Notes: generated by a model from the sequence alone, not told the origin. 64,000 nucleotides of DNA from Octopus vulgaris (GCA_951406725.2 OX597841.1:26846001-26910000); one strand, 5' to 3'; numbered from the stretch's first letter, positions 13,208 to 27,659 are shown. Translations and numbers: made by a program.

Positions 13208-13841
13208 GAACTCAAGACATATAAGAAAAAACACAACATCACATACCCGACAACCAACCGTAGAATTCGCCGTAGCATGTACGAATGTTTATCTTTACAT
13301 ATCTATGAAAATGGCGGGCTTTTTCGCAATGCATTTCGGTAACATGCATATATGGGTACAGGACACAAAAAAAAAAAACATCGAACACAATGAGAAACGA
13401 AAACATAAAAACAAAACCATGGAAACGGACATTTTTTTTAAACAACGAAAAAAACAGAGTACAAGACATACAACACAAGAAAGAGCGAGTGTGAGAGGGG
13501 GAAGTTAATTCTGGATTCGTTTAAGAGTGTCACCTGATGATGGCTGTGAGGAGATCCCGAACGAAATGCTGCGTTAGCACAAAACATTATAATCCAGCTC
13601 GATGAAAATACTCCATACGTCAGTCTAACAGGCAAACACACTTATAAACATGCATCTCTTTGGAGCTCATCTCTGTAAAAACAAATATGTATACACGCAT
13701 ACACACATACACACACAAACAAACACACACAAGATTATTTATGTCGGCGTCGTCACTTATCGCCTCTATAAGTGCTTGACTTCAATCTATATTTAGTGCT
13801 TCACACTTCCCAGTCGATTCACAGTCTTAACCGGCATATAT

Positions 13842-13936
<95 letters not shown>

Positions 13937-14055
13937 TATATATACATATATATATACATATATATATATATACATATATACACACACATATACATATACA
14001 TATACATATATATATATACATATATATATCTACATATATACACATATATACATAT

Positions 14056-14134
<79 letters not shown>

Positions 14135-14656
14135 GATGGTGAGGTGGAATCGCATGTTTCTCATTAGACGAAATCTATTCTCTTCCTTCTCCTCATCCTT
14201 TTCCTCATTCTTGTCCTATAATGTTGTTGTTGTTGTTGCTGCTTTTACTTATATGTACATGTATTTCTTTATGATTGTCGCAGTCAAAAGCGAAGTGTGG
14301 AAGCGGTTTTCGATGATGCTCAGCCGATTCTAATACGTCACCGATATAATTTCTCATAAAAAAATCTTTGAACGCGCCAATTTATCGCAGATTGAACTGG
14401 GTGTGTATGTGTTTTTGTGTGTGTATGTAAGTGTCAAAAAATGTACATATATACATATATATATAATATAAACACACACATATATATAAGCACACACATA
14501 CACAAACACCACATACGTATATGTATATAGTTCATGTATATGTATGAATGTATGTATTTATGTATATCTAAGTACATGCATGTGTATATATGCACGTGTG
14601 TATGTATTGAAACATATGTATATATATATATATACACACACATATATATCTATCCA

Positions 14657-14709
<53 letters not shown>

Positions 14710-14710
14710 G

Positions 14711-14789
<79 letters not shown>

Positions 14790-14847
14790 TCCGCGTAGAT
14801 TAGAAATCTAAATAACGACAAAGGTTTTAGCTTTAGCCGATAAAGAA

Positions 14848-14963
<116 letters not shown>

Positions 14964-15744
14964 CATCAACGTTTGTAACTTTTTCTCTCACATTTTCTGA
15001 TTAGTTTTTTTTTGTGTGTTTTTTTTGTTTTTCTTTTTCTTTTTGTCATTTCGTCGCAAACATTTTTTTCGTTTATTTCTTTTTCTTTTTTTTTTTTTGT
15101 ACCTATGAAAATTCCTGAAGACGAAGGGAAACTCTTTTTACGATGATTCTCCACTTTTCCAGAAAATCTTTTTAAACAAAACGGGCAACATCAACATCAA
15201 TAACAACAACGTCAACAACAACACTCACAAAAACAAAAACAAAAACAAAAAAAAAATTAAAAAAAAAAAAAGCGAATGATAAAATAAACAAGCAAAATAT
15301 AAAACATCGAAAACCGCAAAATAGAGAGAAAAAATAAACAAAATGAAATATGAAATAAAAAAACTAAAATATAATAAAAAAAAATATCTTTCAAGAATTA
15401 CGAAGCACACACTTAGTTTGCGACGTAATTTTCTCAAGACTTAAAAGCCGAAAATTTTCTGAATCTTCACATCGACTTCCTTTACGCCACCGCTACCGCC
15501 ACCATCACCATCATCACCACCGTCAACAACAATACCGCCATGTTGTAAAAGAGGCATATTAATTTTCTTTTTACCTCCCTTCTCTATCTATCCAGTAGAT
15601 TCTTTCGCCGCCCTCCCTCCCCCTCCCCCCGCCGCCCCTTCTTTCTTTCTACCTCCTACTCCCTGCACCACGCTCAGCTTTCTCTCACCCCCCCCCCAAA
15701 AAAAAAAAAAACATAATAATAAAAAAGGGGAAAAAAAAAAAAAT

Positions 15745-15915
15745 CTCGCTGCTGTCCTTTTGTACGTCATTTTGCGGGCAGCCATTTTGTTTGTATCGTT
15801 CTGGGGGGAAGTTTTCGAAGTCGCTTTTGTGAAGTCGCGGAAAGCGCGGCGACGACGACAATTTTCAAAGGAAACAGACGACACTTTGAAAAAAGAACAC
15901 GCATGCGCAGCATAT
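15745..15915. promoter_or_regulatory. CpG-rich unique island with YY1-like and CRE-like motifs
   Basis: TACGTCA (15763-15769), CAGCCATTTT (15779-15788), ACGCATGCGC (15899-15908); many CpGs in an otherwise AT-rich context. Confidence 0.35.
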
Positions 15916-15969
15916 CAAAAATAGACATACGCTTAAATAAATATAGCTTCAGCAGATCATATATATAAC

Positions 15970-16047
<78 letters not shown>

Positions 16048-16192
16048 AGTATGGCTATGTGTGTGTGTATATAAGCGTATGTGTGTGATAATTAGCTTAC
16101 TTTCGTATAAAACACTTTCTTTCCTTCATAATTGTGGTTTTCTTATTGAAGTTATTAATGTGTTTCTTGTTACTGTTGTTTTGTGTGTCCGC

Positions 16193-16238
<46 letters not shown>

Positions 16239-16299
16239 CATGTTCGTCCTCTCTCTCTCTCTTTCTACTCTCATGCATTTCACTTTTTAGAGTAGAGTA

Positions 16300-16357
<58 letters not shown>

Positions 16358-16596
16358 TGTGTGTGTGTATCACTGTGTATGTGTGTGTGTGTGTATACGT
16401 GTGTGTAAGTGTACGTATATATAAGCATGTATGAATATATATATATATATATATATATATTTTAATCATTCTTCTGTTATCGTCTCTTTCCTTCCACTCT
16501 GTATGTGTGTGTATATAAATATATAATTAATATATATACACATATCCCCATATATATATATATATACATTGTGTATACATATATATATACACATTG

Positions 16597-16632
<36 letters not shown>

Positions 16633-17830
16633 GCATTTATATATATATACATAATCACACACACATATATACATACATTCATATATATATATATACACGT
16701 CCATATATATATATCTTAACTATACTGTTTCTCCGAATCGTTTAAGGTAAATTTTACTTACATCACCTATATCACCTCATCAATTTCATAGATATAAACA
16801 TATACACCCTTTAACACACACACACACACACACACACCTATACATATATAAAGCTGTCGGCATATCCGTAGCTTCACTTTTAAGTACCATCGTAGTTACT
16901 GTTTGATGCTCTGCTAAGTTCATGACATTCATTTAGCAGTGAGTTCTTGCGGCATTCTTCCTTTCCCAGATCGAAAACCGTTTCTCTAGATTCTCTGTTA
17001 AGTGTGAAATGTAAAAATCCTCATCTCACGAACAGCTAAAAGGTTCGTGTCTACGGTTGTCTTCGAGGTCATTGCAGCTAGGAAAAGTCCCTATCTTTGT
17101 CACTCTCTCTTTCTCTCTCTCTCTATCTTTCTCTCTGTCTGTTTGTCTGTCTCTCTTTCTCTCGCTATCTTTCTCTGTGTTTCTCTCTGTCAGTTTTTCA
17201 CTCTGTCTTCGAAATTGGTGTCTTGGAATCGGTTGACCTGGAGCTGTTCTGTTTGATTGGATAATTATTGGAATATACGTACGTATGCGTGTGTGTGTGT
17301 GTGTGTGACAGTGCATGTTTGTGTGTGTATGTGAGAGTGTGTTTGTGTGTGTGTAAGTGCATGCTTGTGTGTGTATGTGAGAGTGTGTTTGTGTGTGTAT
17401 GTGAGCGTGTGTTTGTGTGTATGAGTGTGTGTTTCTGTGTGTGTGTGTGTGTAAAAATCCTCTCCTGTGGGACACTCATATTTACATATGTATAAATGAA
17501 TATGTGCGTCTGTGTGTGTGTATATATATACACACACTATGCGTGTGTGTATATATATATTTTTTGCAAATATTTCACTTAAACATTTAGACGTTTATAC
17601 ACACATAAATACCTACATATGTAGATAACAATACAAATACCCACACATGTACATGAATGTCATTAAACATATATTGACTCAGTTATATATATATATATAT
17701 ATATAGGGAGGGAGAGAGAGAGAGAGAGAGGGAGAGGTGTCTGTATATAGATAAGTATACAAAATCATACACAAGTGTATTTACATGAAGGTAAATATAT
17801 ATATTACGCTATAGTATATACGTAAACTTT

Positions 17831-17868
<38 letters not shown>

Positions 17869-18053
17869 TTTATATATAGAAATTCATGCTGACACTCACA
17901 CACAGACTCGTACACACATTGACACATACACATCTATACACACATACATACATGCATGCATGCGTGAGCATAAACACCCCCACATACATACTATAAGCGC
18001 TTGCATACAAGTACAATCGTGCCAAAACCGTCACTTGCGCATGCCCCAATATA

Positions 18054-18286
18054 TTTGGTTGGTTCATTGATTATTGTGGCTTTTTTTTACAACCAATTTT
18101 ATTCAACAAAATCAATGACAATATTTAACAGAAGCATCTTTAAATGACGGTCTGACCGTCTGCCAAGCAAATGGGGGAGCAGAAATTGAAGTAGATGGTG
18201 ATTATGCTCCGGAATAACCATTTAAAGATGTTTTTGTCGAATAAAAATTGTTGAAAAAAAGCCGCAATAATTATGCACCAACCCAA
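18054..18286 (+). mobile_element. Mariner-derived MITE
   Basis: TIRs TTGGGTTGGTGCATAATTATTGCGGC, TA flanks, internal transposase C-terminus relic. Confidence 0.85.
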
Positions 18287-18325
18287 TATATATATACACA
18301 TACACACACATTTACTTATATATAT

Positions 18326-18392
<67 letters not shown>

Positions 18393-18396
<4 letters not shown>

Positions 18397-18644
18397 GTTG
18401 GTGCCTAATTACTGCGGCTTTTTTCCAATAAATTTCATTCGACATAAACAACACCAATATTGAACAAAAACATCTTTAAATGGCGGTCTTGATCGTCTGC
18501 CAAGCAAATGGGAAGCAGTAATTGAAGTAGATGGTGAATATGCTCCGGAATAATCACTTAAAGATGTTTTTGTTACGTGTTGTTATTGTTTTTGTTGAAT
18601 AAAATTTGTTGAAAAAAAGCCGCAATAATTATGCACCAACCCAA
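18393..18644 (+). mobile_element. Mariner-derived MITE (second copy)
   Basis: Same TIRs. The internal frame reads GLDRLPSKWEAVIEVDGEYAPE*, the mariner transposase C-terminus. Confidence 0.9.
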
Positions 18645-18762
18645 TGTGTAGTTATAATTTCAGTGATGTTTTAGTGCTATTCCTAGTAAATCGAGGACGT
18701 TCCTTGGGACGTCTTCCTAACGGTCAAGTACAAATTTCGATAATAGCGACTGTTCTTCCATT

Positions 18763-19155
18763 CTTTTATCCTTTTACTTGTTTCACTCATTTAACTGCGG
18801 CCATGCAAAAACACTGTCTTGTAGGGTTTTTTTTAGTCGAACAAATCGACTCAAGGTCGTCTTTTCTGAAGTCTAGTATTATTCTGTCAGTCACTTTTGC
18901 CGAACCGCTAATTGACGGGGACGTAAACACACCAACACCGGTGGTCAGGCGCTGATGAGAGAACAGATACACACACACATAGACACATACATATAGATAC
19001 ACCTGGCTTCTTTCAGTTTCCGTCTACCATATCCACTCACAAGGATTTGACCGGCCCTAGGCTATAGAAAGAGACATTTTCCCAAGTTGTCACACAGTGG
19101 GACTGAACCCAGGACCATGTGATCGGGAAGCAAACTTTTATTACCAACAGCCACT
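18763..19155 (-). mobile_element. SINE family A, diverged
   Basis: Colinear homology to the other copies. Confidence 0.8.
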
Positions 19156-19174
19156 TGTGTTTACTGTATTAAAA

Positions 19175-19405
19175 AGGCGGCGAGCTGGCAGAAACGTTAG
19201 CACGCCGGGCGAAATGCTTAGCGGTATTTCGTCTGCGTTACGTTGTGAGTTCAAATTCCGCCGAGGTCGACTTTGCCTTTCATCCTTTCGGGGTCGATAA
19301 ATTAAGTACCAGTTACGCACTGGGGTCGATGCAATCGACTTAATACCTATGTCTGTCCTTGTTCGTCCTCTCTGTGTTTAGCCCCTTGTGGGTAGTAAAG
19401 AAATA
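19175..19405 (+). mobile_element. tRNA-derived SINE family D; 10-bp TSD
   Basis: GGCGGCGAGCTGGCAGAA...GAGTTCAAATTCC, central GTCGACTTTGCCTTTCATCCTTTCGGGGTCGATAAATTAAGTACC. TSD TGTATTAAAA at 19165-19174 and 19406-19415. Confidence 0.9.
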
Positions 19406-19473
19406 TGTATTAAAATACTTTTATTATGAACAAACTAATCTTACTATTTTTTTTCTTTTCTTTTTCTTTCTAG

Positions 19474-19506
19474 GACACCTGGAGTCACATGATACATGTC
19501 GATCAG
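19474..19506 (+). other. Candidate 33-nt micro-exon of a plus-strand host gene
   Basis: Branch-point-like ACTAAT (19434-19439), about 25-nt pure pyrimidine tract, TAG acceptor, CAG|GTAGGT donor. Length is a multiple of 3; open as DTWSHMIHVDQ (phase 0). Confidence 0.6.
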
Positions 19507-19622
19507 GTAGGTGACACATTTGGACATCTTTTGAAATTTGTCTTTCAGCCCTCCGGTTTCAAATCCGAGCTTCGATACGTTTTTTTTATATATATATATA
19601 TCTAATTATGAATATTTACATA

Positions 19623-19848
19623 CATAGTAATCCCTCGCCATATCGCTGTTCACCTATCACGGTTTATTTCTTAATCTTCCATCGATTCCTCCATGGTAAT
19701 GTTTTGCATTTAAAATATAATAATAAATATATACAAATTATAAAAATAATTTTAAAAATATTTACAGTATTGTTTCTACTTCGCGTATTTTCACCTATCG
19801 CGATGGGTTTTGGAACGTAACAACCGCGATAGCCGAGGGATTACTATG
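19623..19848. mobile_element. Tc1/pogo (Tigger-like) MITE
   Basis: TA-CATAGTAATCCCTCG...CGAGGGATTACTATG-TA terminal inverted repeat; subterminal TTCACCTATC.CG repeats. Confidence 0.75.
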
Positions 19849-19856
19849 TATGCATG

Positions 19857-19904
<48 letters not shown>

Positions 19905-20118
19905 TGGAGAAAAAGAAAAGAAACGAAACGACGTGAGGGCGCTCAGTCATACAATAATTGAATAGATAAAATATATGCATACATACGTACATGTATGTAC
20001 GTACCTACATCTACATTTGTGGTGTCCTGTACTCATATATATATGCATGTATATATACATGTAGATGTAGGTACGTACATACATGTATGTATGTATGCAT
20101 ATATTTTATTTATTCAAT

Positions 20119-20193
<75 letters not shown>

Positions 20194-20541
20194 TATGTGT
20201 ATATTTAAAATAATAAGGGTGAAAAATTGAATATTAATTTAATATCAATGAAAAACCAGTAGTCTAGCATATTAAAATCTGAAGATTCAGAAAAATTATA
20301 TTACATACATATAAGGGGGATGACCACTAAGTGGACATCCATTATGCTAGAAGTAGAACCTCTATGGTCTTACCACTAAGAAAGGAATGTTCTCAAGAAA
20401 ATTTAGCTAACGCCAGAACGTAAGCGAGCAAGACAAATGGAAAGATACAAAATATAGATTTTGTTTCTAAGACCATAGCGGATCTACTTCTAGCGTAATG
20501 GATGTCCACGTAGCGGTCATCCCTTCTTATATGTATGCATG

Positions 20542-20645
<104 letters not shown>

Positions 20646-20784
20646 TAGGGAATAAATCCAAATTTACAGGGAAAAAATCAGATTTAGGATTAAATCCAAT
20701 TTTATAGTAAAATATTATATAATATTAATTCGAGACAAAAAGTCTTTCCTTGTTTGTTTTGCAAAATAGTGGTTTTGTCTCGAA

Positions 20785-20844
<60 letters not shown>

Positions 20845-22485
20845 GTATATATTTTGTTCTTGAATTTGTATGTGATATTACAACATTGTATTATATTTAT
20901 TGATTGTTTTCTATTAATTTTTATTGATTTGATCGAGTTTAAACTCTGTTTATTGTGTTGAATATTGAAGCTTTTTGATATGTTATACGTATATTTAAGA
21001 AAGACAAAAAAAAAAAGAATATTTGAGAATTTTATTTTTGCTTTTTTATCAGCCTTAGTTTTTTTTTATTGAAATCTTGCCGTAGTATTTTGCAATATTG
21101 GCGTTTAACACAACACCCCCCCACACACACACACACGCACACACACAATTTAACGCCGTGGCTTCCTCGATTTTTATTTCAGTTTTACTGAACCTGAGCA
21201 TTTTGTTTCTTACCATAAGATTTCACTTTGTATTAATGTAATTTTTTTGCACCTTCAGAGCAAAAAAAAAAGTTAAAGAAAAACAAAGAAAAAAAAACAA
21301 AAGAAAATGACCCCAAAATCTCTTGCTATAAATTATTCTGGTCACACAAATCTGACGATCGTTCGCTCATGCTTATTGCTTAAGATCTGGGTTTACATGA
21401 AACCATCCGTTAACTTCACTTCTCTGAAATATGCTACTCCATTCATAATATTGTTTGTGTGTGAGTGTGCGCGCGTGCGAGTTCAATTCTATTAAACACG
21501 CTCAGATGAATAAAATATTAAGGTTAAGAAACCCTCTGTGAGAATACCGTCTCCAGCCAAAAAATACCTTTAAAATATTTCTAAATACTAATATTAATAT
21601 TTTCTCGAACGTACTTATGGCCATCATTTCAGGTAATATCGTTCTCATTATAGAAATGATTGTATATCATTCCTTTTCTAAGAATTACGAAATCATATTA
21701 TTTTTCTTAACTGCCAAAATGTTTTGTTTCAATTCATACCTTTTTTTTTTTTCCTTAAATGCTGGGAATTCCGTTGAGAATTCACATCTCCAGACCTACG
21801 GTTATGTGATTAGAACGTTGAAGGGAAGGATTCTTCTAGCTGAGCCAATCGGTAGGGGACCTTGAAGTAAACCAAAAACGGGATTGATGGGTAATATCCA
21901 TGGTTAAAGATGGTCACGCTTGGGAGTCCAGCCGGAAGTCGTGATGATTGTTGCTGATTGGACCCTATGAATGAGGTGCATGAAGATTCTACTCCCGCCC
22001 CCTTCCCATTAATAGAGGGGGAGAAACTGGACACATCCACACAAGGTGCGATTTGGTGCACAGCTCGGAGATCACGGAGTCTCTCCAGATCGATCCGGCA
22101 CTTCTCCGAATTGAGAGTTCCCAGCTCTGGTACACGTACGTGATTAAAATGTCATAAGTCAGATTCTTAAAGCCGAGCCAACTGGCAGGAAACCTACCTG
22201 TAGAGCAATATACAAAATGATTGGACAATATCCATTGTCTCGCTTGGTTTCGCTTAAGAATCCAGTCAAAATGTCCAATTGTGAAGCATCCAGACTCTAC
22301 CCAGACGAACCCGAGAGTAGTGGACGGAAAGGATGGACGAAGAAACTTCAGAAATTTCATTTTATTTTCGTGTCTGCGTCAATGATTTTTTTTTATTTCT
22401 TGGAAAATTTGCATATCATTCCAGTAATAGTATACTGGAAAGCGTTTTCTAATATTTTCCAGTTTATCTCACTTTTTCTTATCTC

Positions 22486-22524
22486 AGTATATCTGACGAA
22501 GGAAAATATCCGAAACGTTATACT
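22486..22524 (+). ncRNA. Minimal type-I hammerhead motif
   Basis: AGTATAT-CTGACGA-A-GGA-AAATA-TCC-GAAAC-GTT-ATACT. Intact core, extra A before stem II, ACGT palindrome, short bulged stem I. Confidence 0.7.
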
Positions 22525-22621
22525 TTTACTAAATGACTTTCACTTCGTTATTTCCGTTTAAATTTTTGAGCGTCAGGCAAATAATAATAATTGCGAACGG
22601 TCCTTTTCTTTTGTTTTAGAC

Positions 22622-22690
22622 CAGGGCTCTCCAAAGTGGTCGATATCGACCACGAGGGGGGTGGACTGTTTAAGGGGTTGATAAAAGCAC
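22622..22690 (+). mobile_element. Probable hAT-type MITE left end (truncated)
   Basis: CAGGGCTCTCCAAAGTGGTCGATATCGACC: a hAT-like terminus with an internal palindrome. No right end seen. Confidence 0.45.
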
Positions 22691-22721
22691 ATTTACGTAT
22701 TTCTATTATTTATTTTATTGT

Positions 22722-22929
22722 ACACCACAATTTTTCTCACCCTTTCTTCCTGTTTTTGTACCTGTATTTTCAAAGGGACCAGCTTTGTCACACTCTGTGT
22801 CACGCTGAATCTCCCTGAGACCTACGTTCAAGGTACACGTGTCTGTGGAGTGCTCAGCCACTTGCACGTTAATTTTACGAGCAGGCTGTTCCGTTGATTG
22901 GTTCAACTGGAACCCTCGCCATCGTAACC
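22722..22929 (+). mobile_element. SINE family B, 5'-truncated
   Basis: Shares the 3' body of 27703-28029. Confidence 0.8.
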
Positions 22930-22962
22930 AAAACAGCGCCAGAAAATAGTGAGGGTATACAA

Positions 22963-22994
<32 letters not shown>

Positions 22995-23147
22995 GCATAC
23001 ATACACAAATATTTATATTAATATATATATTTCTGCATAAGTTTATCTTTGAGTGTTTATATGTATGTGAATTCATATATGTATGTATATATATAAACAC
23101 ACATAAATGCGGGTATATATATCTATCTATATATGTATGTGTGTATG

Positions 23148-23222
<75 letters not shown>

Positions 23223-23309
23223 CTGTATGTATATACATATATATATATGTATTTATATATATATTTATATGTATGTGTATGTATATATGTATATGTGTAT
23301 GTATGTATG

Positions 23310-23357
<48 letters not shown>

Positions 23358-23745
23358 CATATAAACCAAAATTTTCAAAGAAAACTTATTGTAACTTGAA
23401 TCAAAGCTGGCTTAATAAGTGTCACCCGCCGCTCCCCTCTCTCGGCGTCTCTTTCTTTCTCTCTCTCTCTTTCTCCCTGCATATGCATACGTACACACAC
23501 ACACACACACACACACATACACACACACACACACACTCACACGTATATATATACACACACATACACGCAGGCGCGGTGATTATTGATGAATTAAAATTTT
23601 GAACGCAAACTCTTCGTCTGAATATTATCAGGATGGGTCTGTATAGATTTCTAAATTGAAAAATATGTATCTACAAATGTTAATTGCATATAATATTTGT
23701 GTGTGAGATTGTATATAAGTACATGTTAATTATAAATAACATTTC

Positions 23746-23801
<56 letters not shown>

Positions 23802-23944
23802 TATGTATGTGTGTGTGCGTTTATGTATATAAATCCGTGGGATTTAATTAGTAGGGGTTTTGCAAGAACATATTTGCAGGTTTTGTTTGTTCTTAAGGAC
23901 GCTCTACACGCAAGCAAGCGTACACTTATGCAAGTGTGTGTGCG

Positions 23945-24281
23945 TACACACACGCACACATACACACATATACATATATATATATAAGCACATGCACACA
24001 CACACACACACACATATATATATAAGCGCACACATACACACATATAAACACACGTACACACACACACATATATATAAGCACACACACACACATATATATA
24101 TATAAATACACACACATGTACACATATAAACACACACACACACACACATATATATATAAGCACACACACATATAAGTACATACACATGCACACATATAAA
24201 CACACGTACACACACACATATATATAAGCACACACACACACACATATATATATATAAATACACACACATGTACACATATAA

Positions 24282-24312
<31 letters not shown>

Positions 24313-24700
24313 AGCACACACACATATAAGTACATACACATGCACACATATAAACACACGTACACACACACATATATATAAGCATATATATATATATAAA
24401 TACACACACATACACACATATAAACACACACAGACACGCATATATATATATATATAAGCACACACACATATAAGTACATACACATGCACACATATAAACG
24501 TTATAATTACACACACATATAAACACACACACACACACATGTACACATATAAACACACACACACACACACATATATATATAAGCACACACACATATAAGT
24601 ACATACACATGCACACATATAAACTCACGTACACACACACATATATATAAGCACACACACACACATATATATATATAAATACACTCATACACACATATAA

Positions 24701-24737
<37 letters not shown>

Positions 24738-25190
24738 AGCACACACACATATAAGTACATACACATGCACACATATAAACACACGTACCCACACACATAT
24801 ATATAAGCACACACACACACATATATATATATAAATACACACACATGCACACATATAAACACACACACACATATATATATATAAACACACACACACACAC
24901 ATATATATATAAATACACACACATGCACACATATAAACACATACACACATATAAACACATACACACATATATATAAGCGCACACACATATAAATACACAC
25001 ACATGCACATATATAAACACACGTACACACACACATATATATATAATCACACAAACATACATATCAGCATACACACATATAAACACACGTACACACACAC
25101 ATATATATATATATACTCACACAAACATACATATCAGCACACACACATATAAACACACGTACATACACACACACATACACACATATATAC
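23945..25190. repeat. Compound CA/TA minisatellite with higher-order structure
   Basis: Recurring anchors ATAAGCAC, ATAAGTACATACACATGCAC and AAACACACGTAC. Confidence 0.9.
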
Positions 25191-25247
25191 GCATCTTTTG
25201 TTTGTTGTTTGTAGACTCCAGTTTTGTAGACATGCATATACGTTATA

Positions 25248-25288
<41 letters not shown>

Positions 25289-25357
25289 GCAGTTAAGATT
25301 ACACGTAACTACACTCACACATACACACGTGCTCGCATGCACACGCACGTTTTTCTT

Positions 25358-25396
<39 letters not shown>

Positions 25397-25422
25397 ACGA
25401 TTATGAAAGATATATATATACA

Positions 25423-25493
<71 letters not shown>

Positions 25494-25792
25494 ATATATA
25501 ATTATAAATATAAATCCCGTTTGTCTCCGCTTTTAAATTCCTTCGTAATTAGAATTTAATTACGTTGCCAGTTAATTATTTTGTACTTTTCATCCCATAT
25601 CTACCCCGTGCACCCAACCCCTAAACACAGATATTCTCGGGTAATCAGACAAACGAGACAAATACTGTTATAGACATGTGTGTGTCTGTGTGTGTGTGTG
25701 TGTGTAATGTGTGTGTGCGTGTGTGTAATGTGTGTGTGTGTGTGTGTGTGTATGCATGTGTACATACTATCATGGGTGCATGGTTGTGCTCA

Positions 25793-25852
<60 letters not shown>

Positions 25853-25948
25853 TTTATGTACATAGAATTTTGTGAGTAGGTTTATGTATTCATATATATG
25901 TGCACATACATACATATATACATGCATATATGTATATATATATATACA

Positions 25949-26072
<124 letters not shown>

Positions 26073-26275
26073 ATGTATATATGTATATATGTATGTATAT
26101 ATGTTTCTGTATAAGTAGTTACAGAAATGTGTATATGTCGACGCACAAACCCACGCAACTGTGTACATATATATATAAATATATACATGTATATATATTT
26201 ATACATGTGTATATATTCATATATGTATATGTATATATTTATATCTATATATGTGTATATATATGTATATATGTA

Positions 26276-26326
<51 letters not shown>

Positions 26327-26599
26327 ACACACATACATGCATAGACCCCCCACATACATACATGCATACACACACACACACACACATACATACTGATGCT
26401 GTAAACGTTCTGTTAATCGTCTGTTGTCATCTGGAACCACTTGGTTATCTGCAGAAACGTCTGGAATGGTGAACATTCCATTATCATTGCAATCATCATC
26501 GTCATCGTCATCATCATCAACGACCACCACCACCGACTTTGTCATCCCGCCATCGTCATCACCTCGATCATCACCACCATCAATATCATAACCCTCCCG

Positions 26600-27076
26600 T
26601 CTTCTCCTTCTTCTTTTTCTTCTTCTTCTTCTTCTTCTTCTTCTTCTTCTTCTTCTTCTTCTTCAGTTCTTCTTCAGTTCTTCTTCTTCTTCTTCTTCTT
26701 CTTTTCCTTCTTTTCCTTCTTCTTCTTCTTCTTTTCCTTCTTTTCATTTTTCTTCTTCTTCTTTTCCTTCTTCTTTTCCTCCTTCTTTTCCTTCTTCTTC
26801 TTCTTCTTCTTCTTTTCCTTCTTTTTTTCTTCTTTTCCTTCTTCTTCTTCTTCTTCTTCTTCTTCTTCTTTTCCTTCTTCTTTTCCTTCTTCTTCTTCTT
26901 CATTTCCTTCTTCTTCTTCTTCTTCTTCTTCTTCTTCTTCTTCTTCTTCTTCTTCTTCATTTCTTTCTTCTTCTTCTTCTTCTTCTTTTTCTTTTTTTTC
27001 TTCTCCTCCTCCTTCTTCTTCTTCTTTTTCTTCTTCTTCTTCTTCTTCTTCTTCTTCTTCTTCTTCTTCTTCTTCT
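26600..27076. repeat. (TTC)n tract
   Basis: Direct reading. Confidence 0.95.
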
Positions 27077-27087
27077 CGATAAGTATA

Positions 27088-27512
27088 TTGGAAATAGCAG
27101 CCTAATCTCCCTCAAATCACATCGTACTGTCTTGCGTATGTATATATGTATGTATGATTCAATGAAGGAGTCCTTTATATGGTACGTATATCTGTTAGAA
27201 ATAGCAGCCAAATCTCCCTCAAATTATACCTTTCTGTCTAAAGTAAGTATATGCGTATGAATGAGCCAAAGAGTGATACCTCAACATGGAAGCTAGATGT
27301 GTTAGAAATAGCAACTAAATAAATGTCCCTCATATCACACCCTATGTCTTACGTATGAAAACATATGTATAAGTCAGCCAGGGCGACCCCTATATGGTAA
27401 CTAGCCCTGCTAAAAATACCAACCAGATTTCCCTCAATTCACACCTTACTGTCTTACCTATCAAAATAAATGTATGGTCCAACGAGGGAGACCTGCACAT
27501 AGTAGATAGACT
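27088..27512 (+). repeat. Tandem array (about 4 units of about 107 bp) of the same family; shorter arrays at 2800-2888, 50220-50403, 50975-51170 and 59735-59785
   Basis: Repeated GAAATAGCAGCCAAATCTCCCTCAAAT anchors at about 27090, 27196, 27303 and 27411. Confidence 0.85.
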
Positions 27513-27532
27513 TGGGTCATGTCTCGTATGGC

Positions 27533-27659
27533 CCTTCTGTCAAAGAGCGTAGGCTCGAAACGTAAAAGACTTTTTCTATTCCTGAGCGTTATACTAATAC
27601 ATCTGTTTGTTTGTACTCCACCTGCCTTCGTCTTTTGTTTATTTTCGTAAACTTTCCCT
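27533..27659 (+). mobile_element. 5'-truncated GAGC-GTAG-GCTC family copy (core CTGTCAA, degenerate)
   Basis: Same motif and tail as 2921-3072. Confidence 0.8.

Noticed and set aside
13530-13580. CTGATGA ... CGAAA
   Set aside because: Stems I-III cannot be paired convincingly.
21989-22561. 123-aa and 114-aa non-repetitive ORFs
   Set aside because: No recognisable motifs or splice structure; lengths are compatible with chance.
26391-26465. CTGATGC ... GAAACGTC
   Set aside because: A9 is missing and stem I has only about 2 bp; probably chance.
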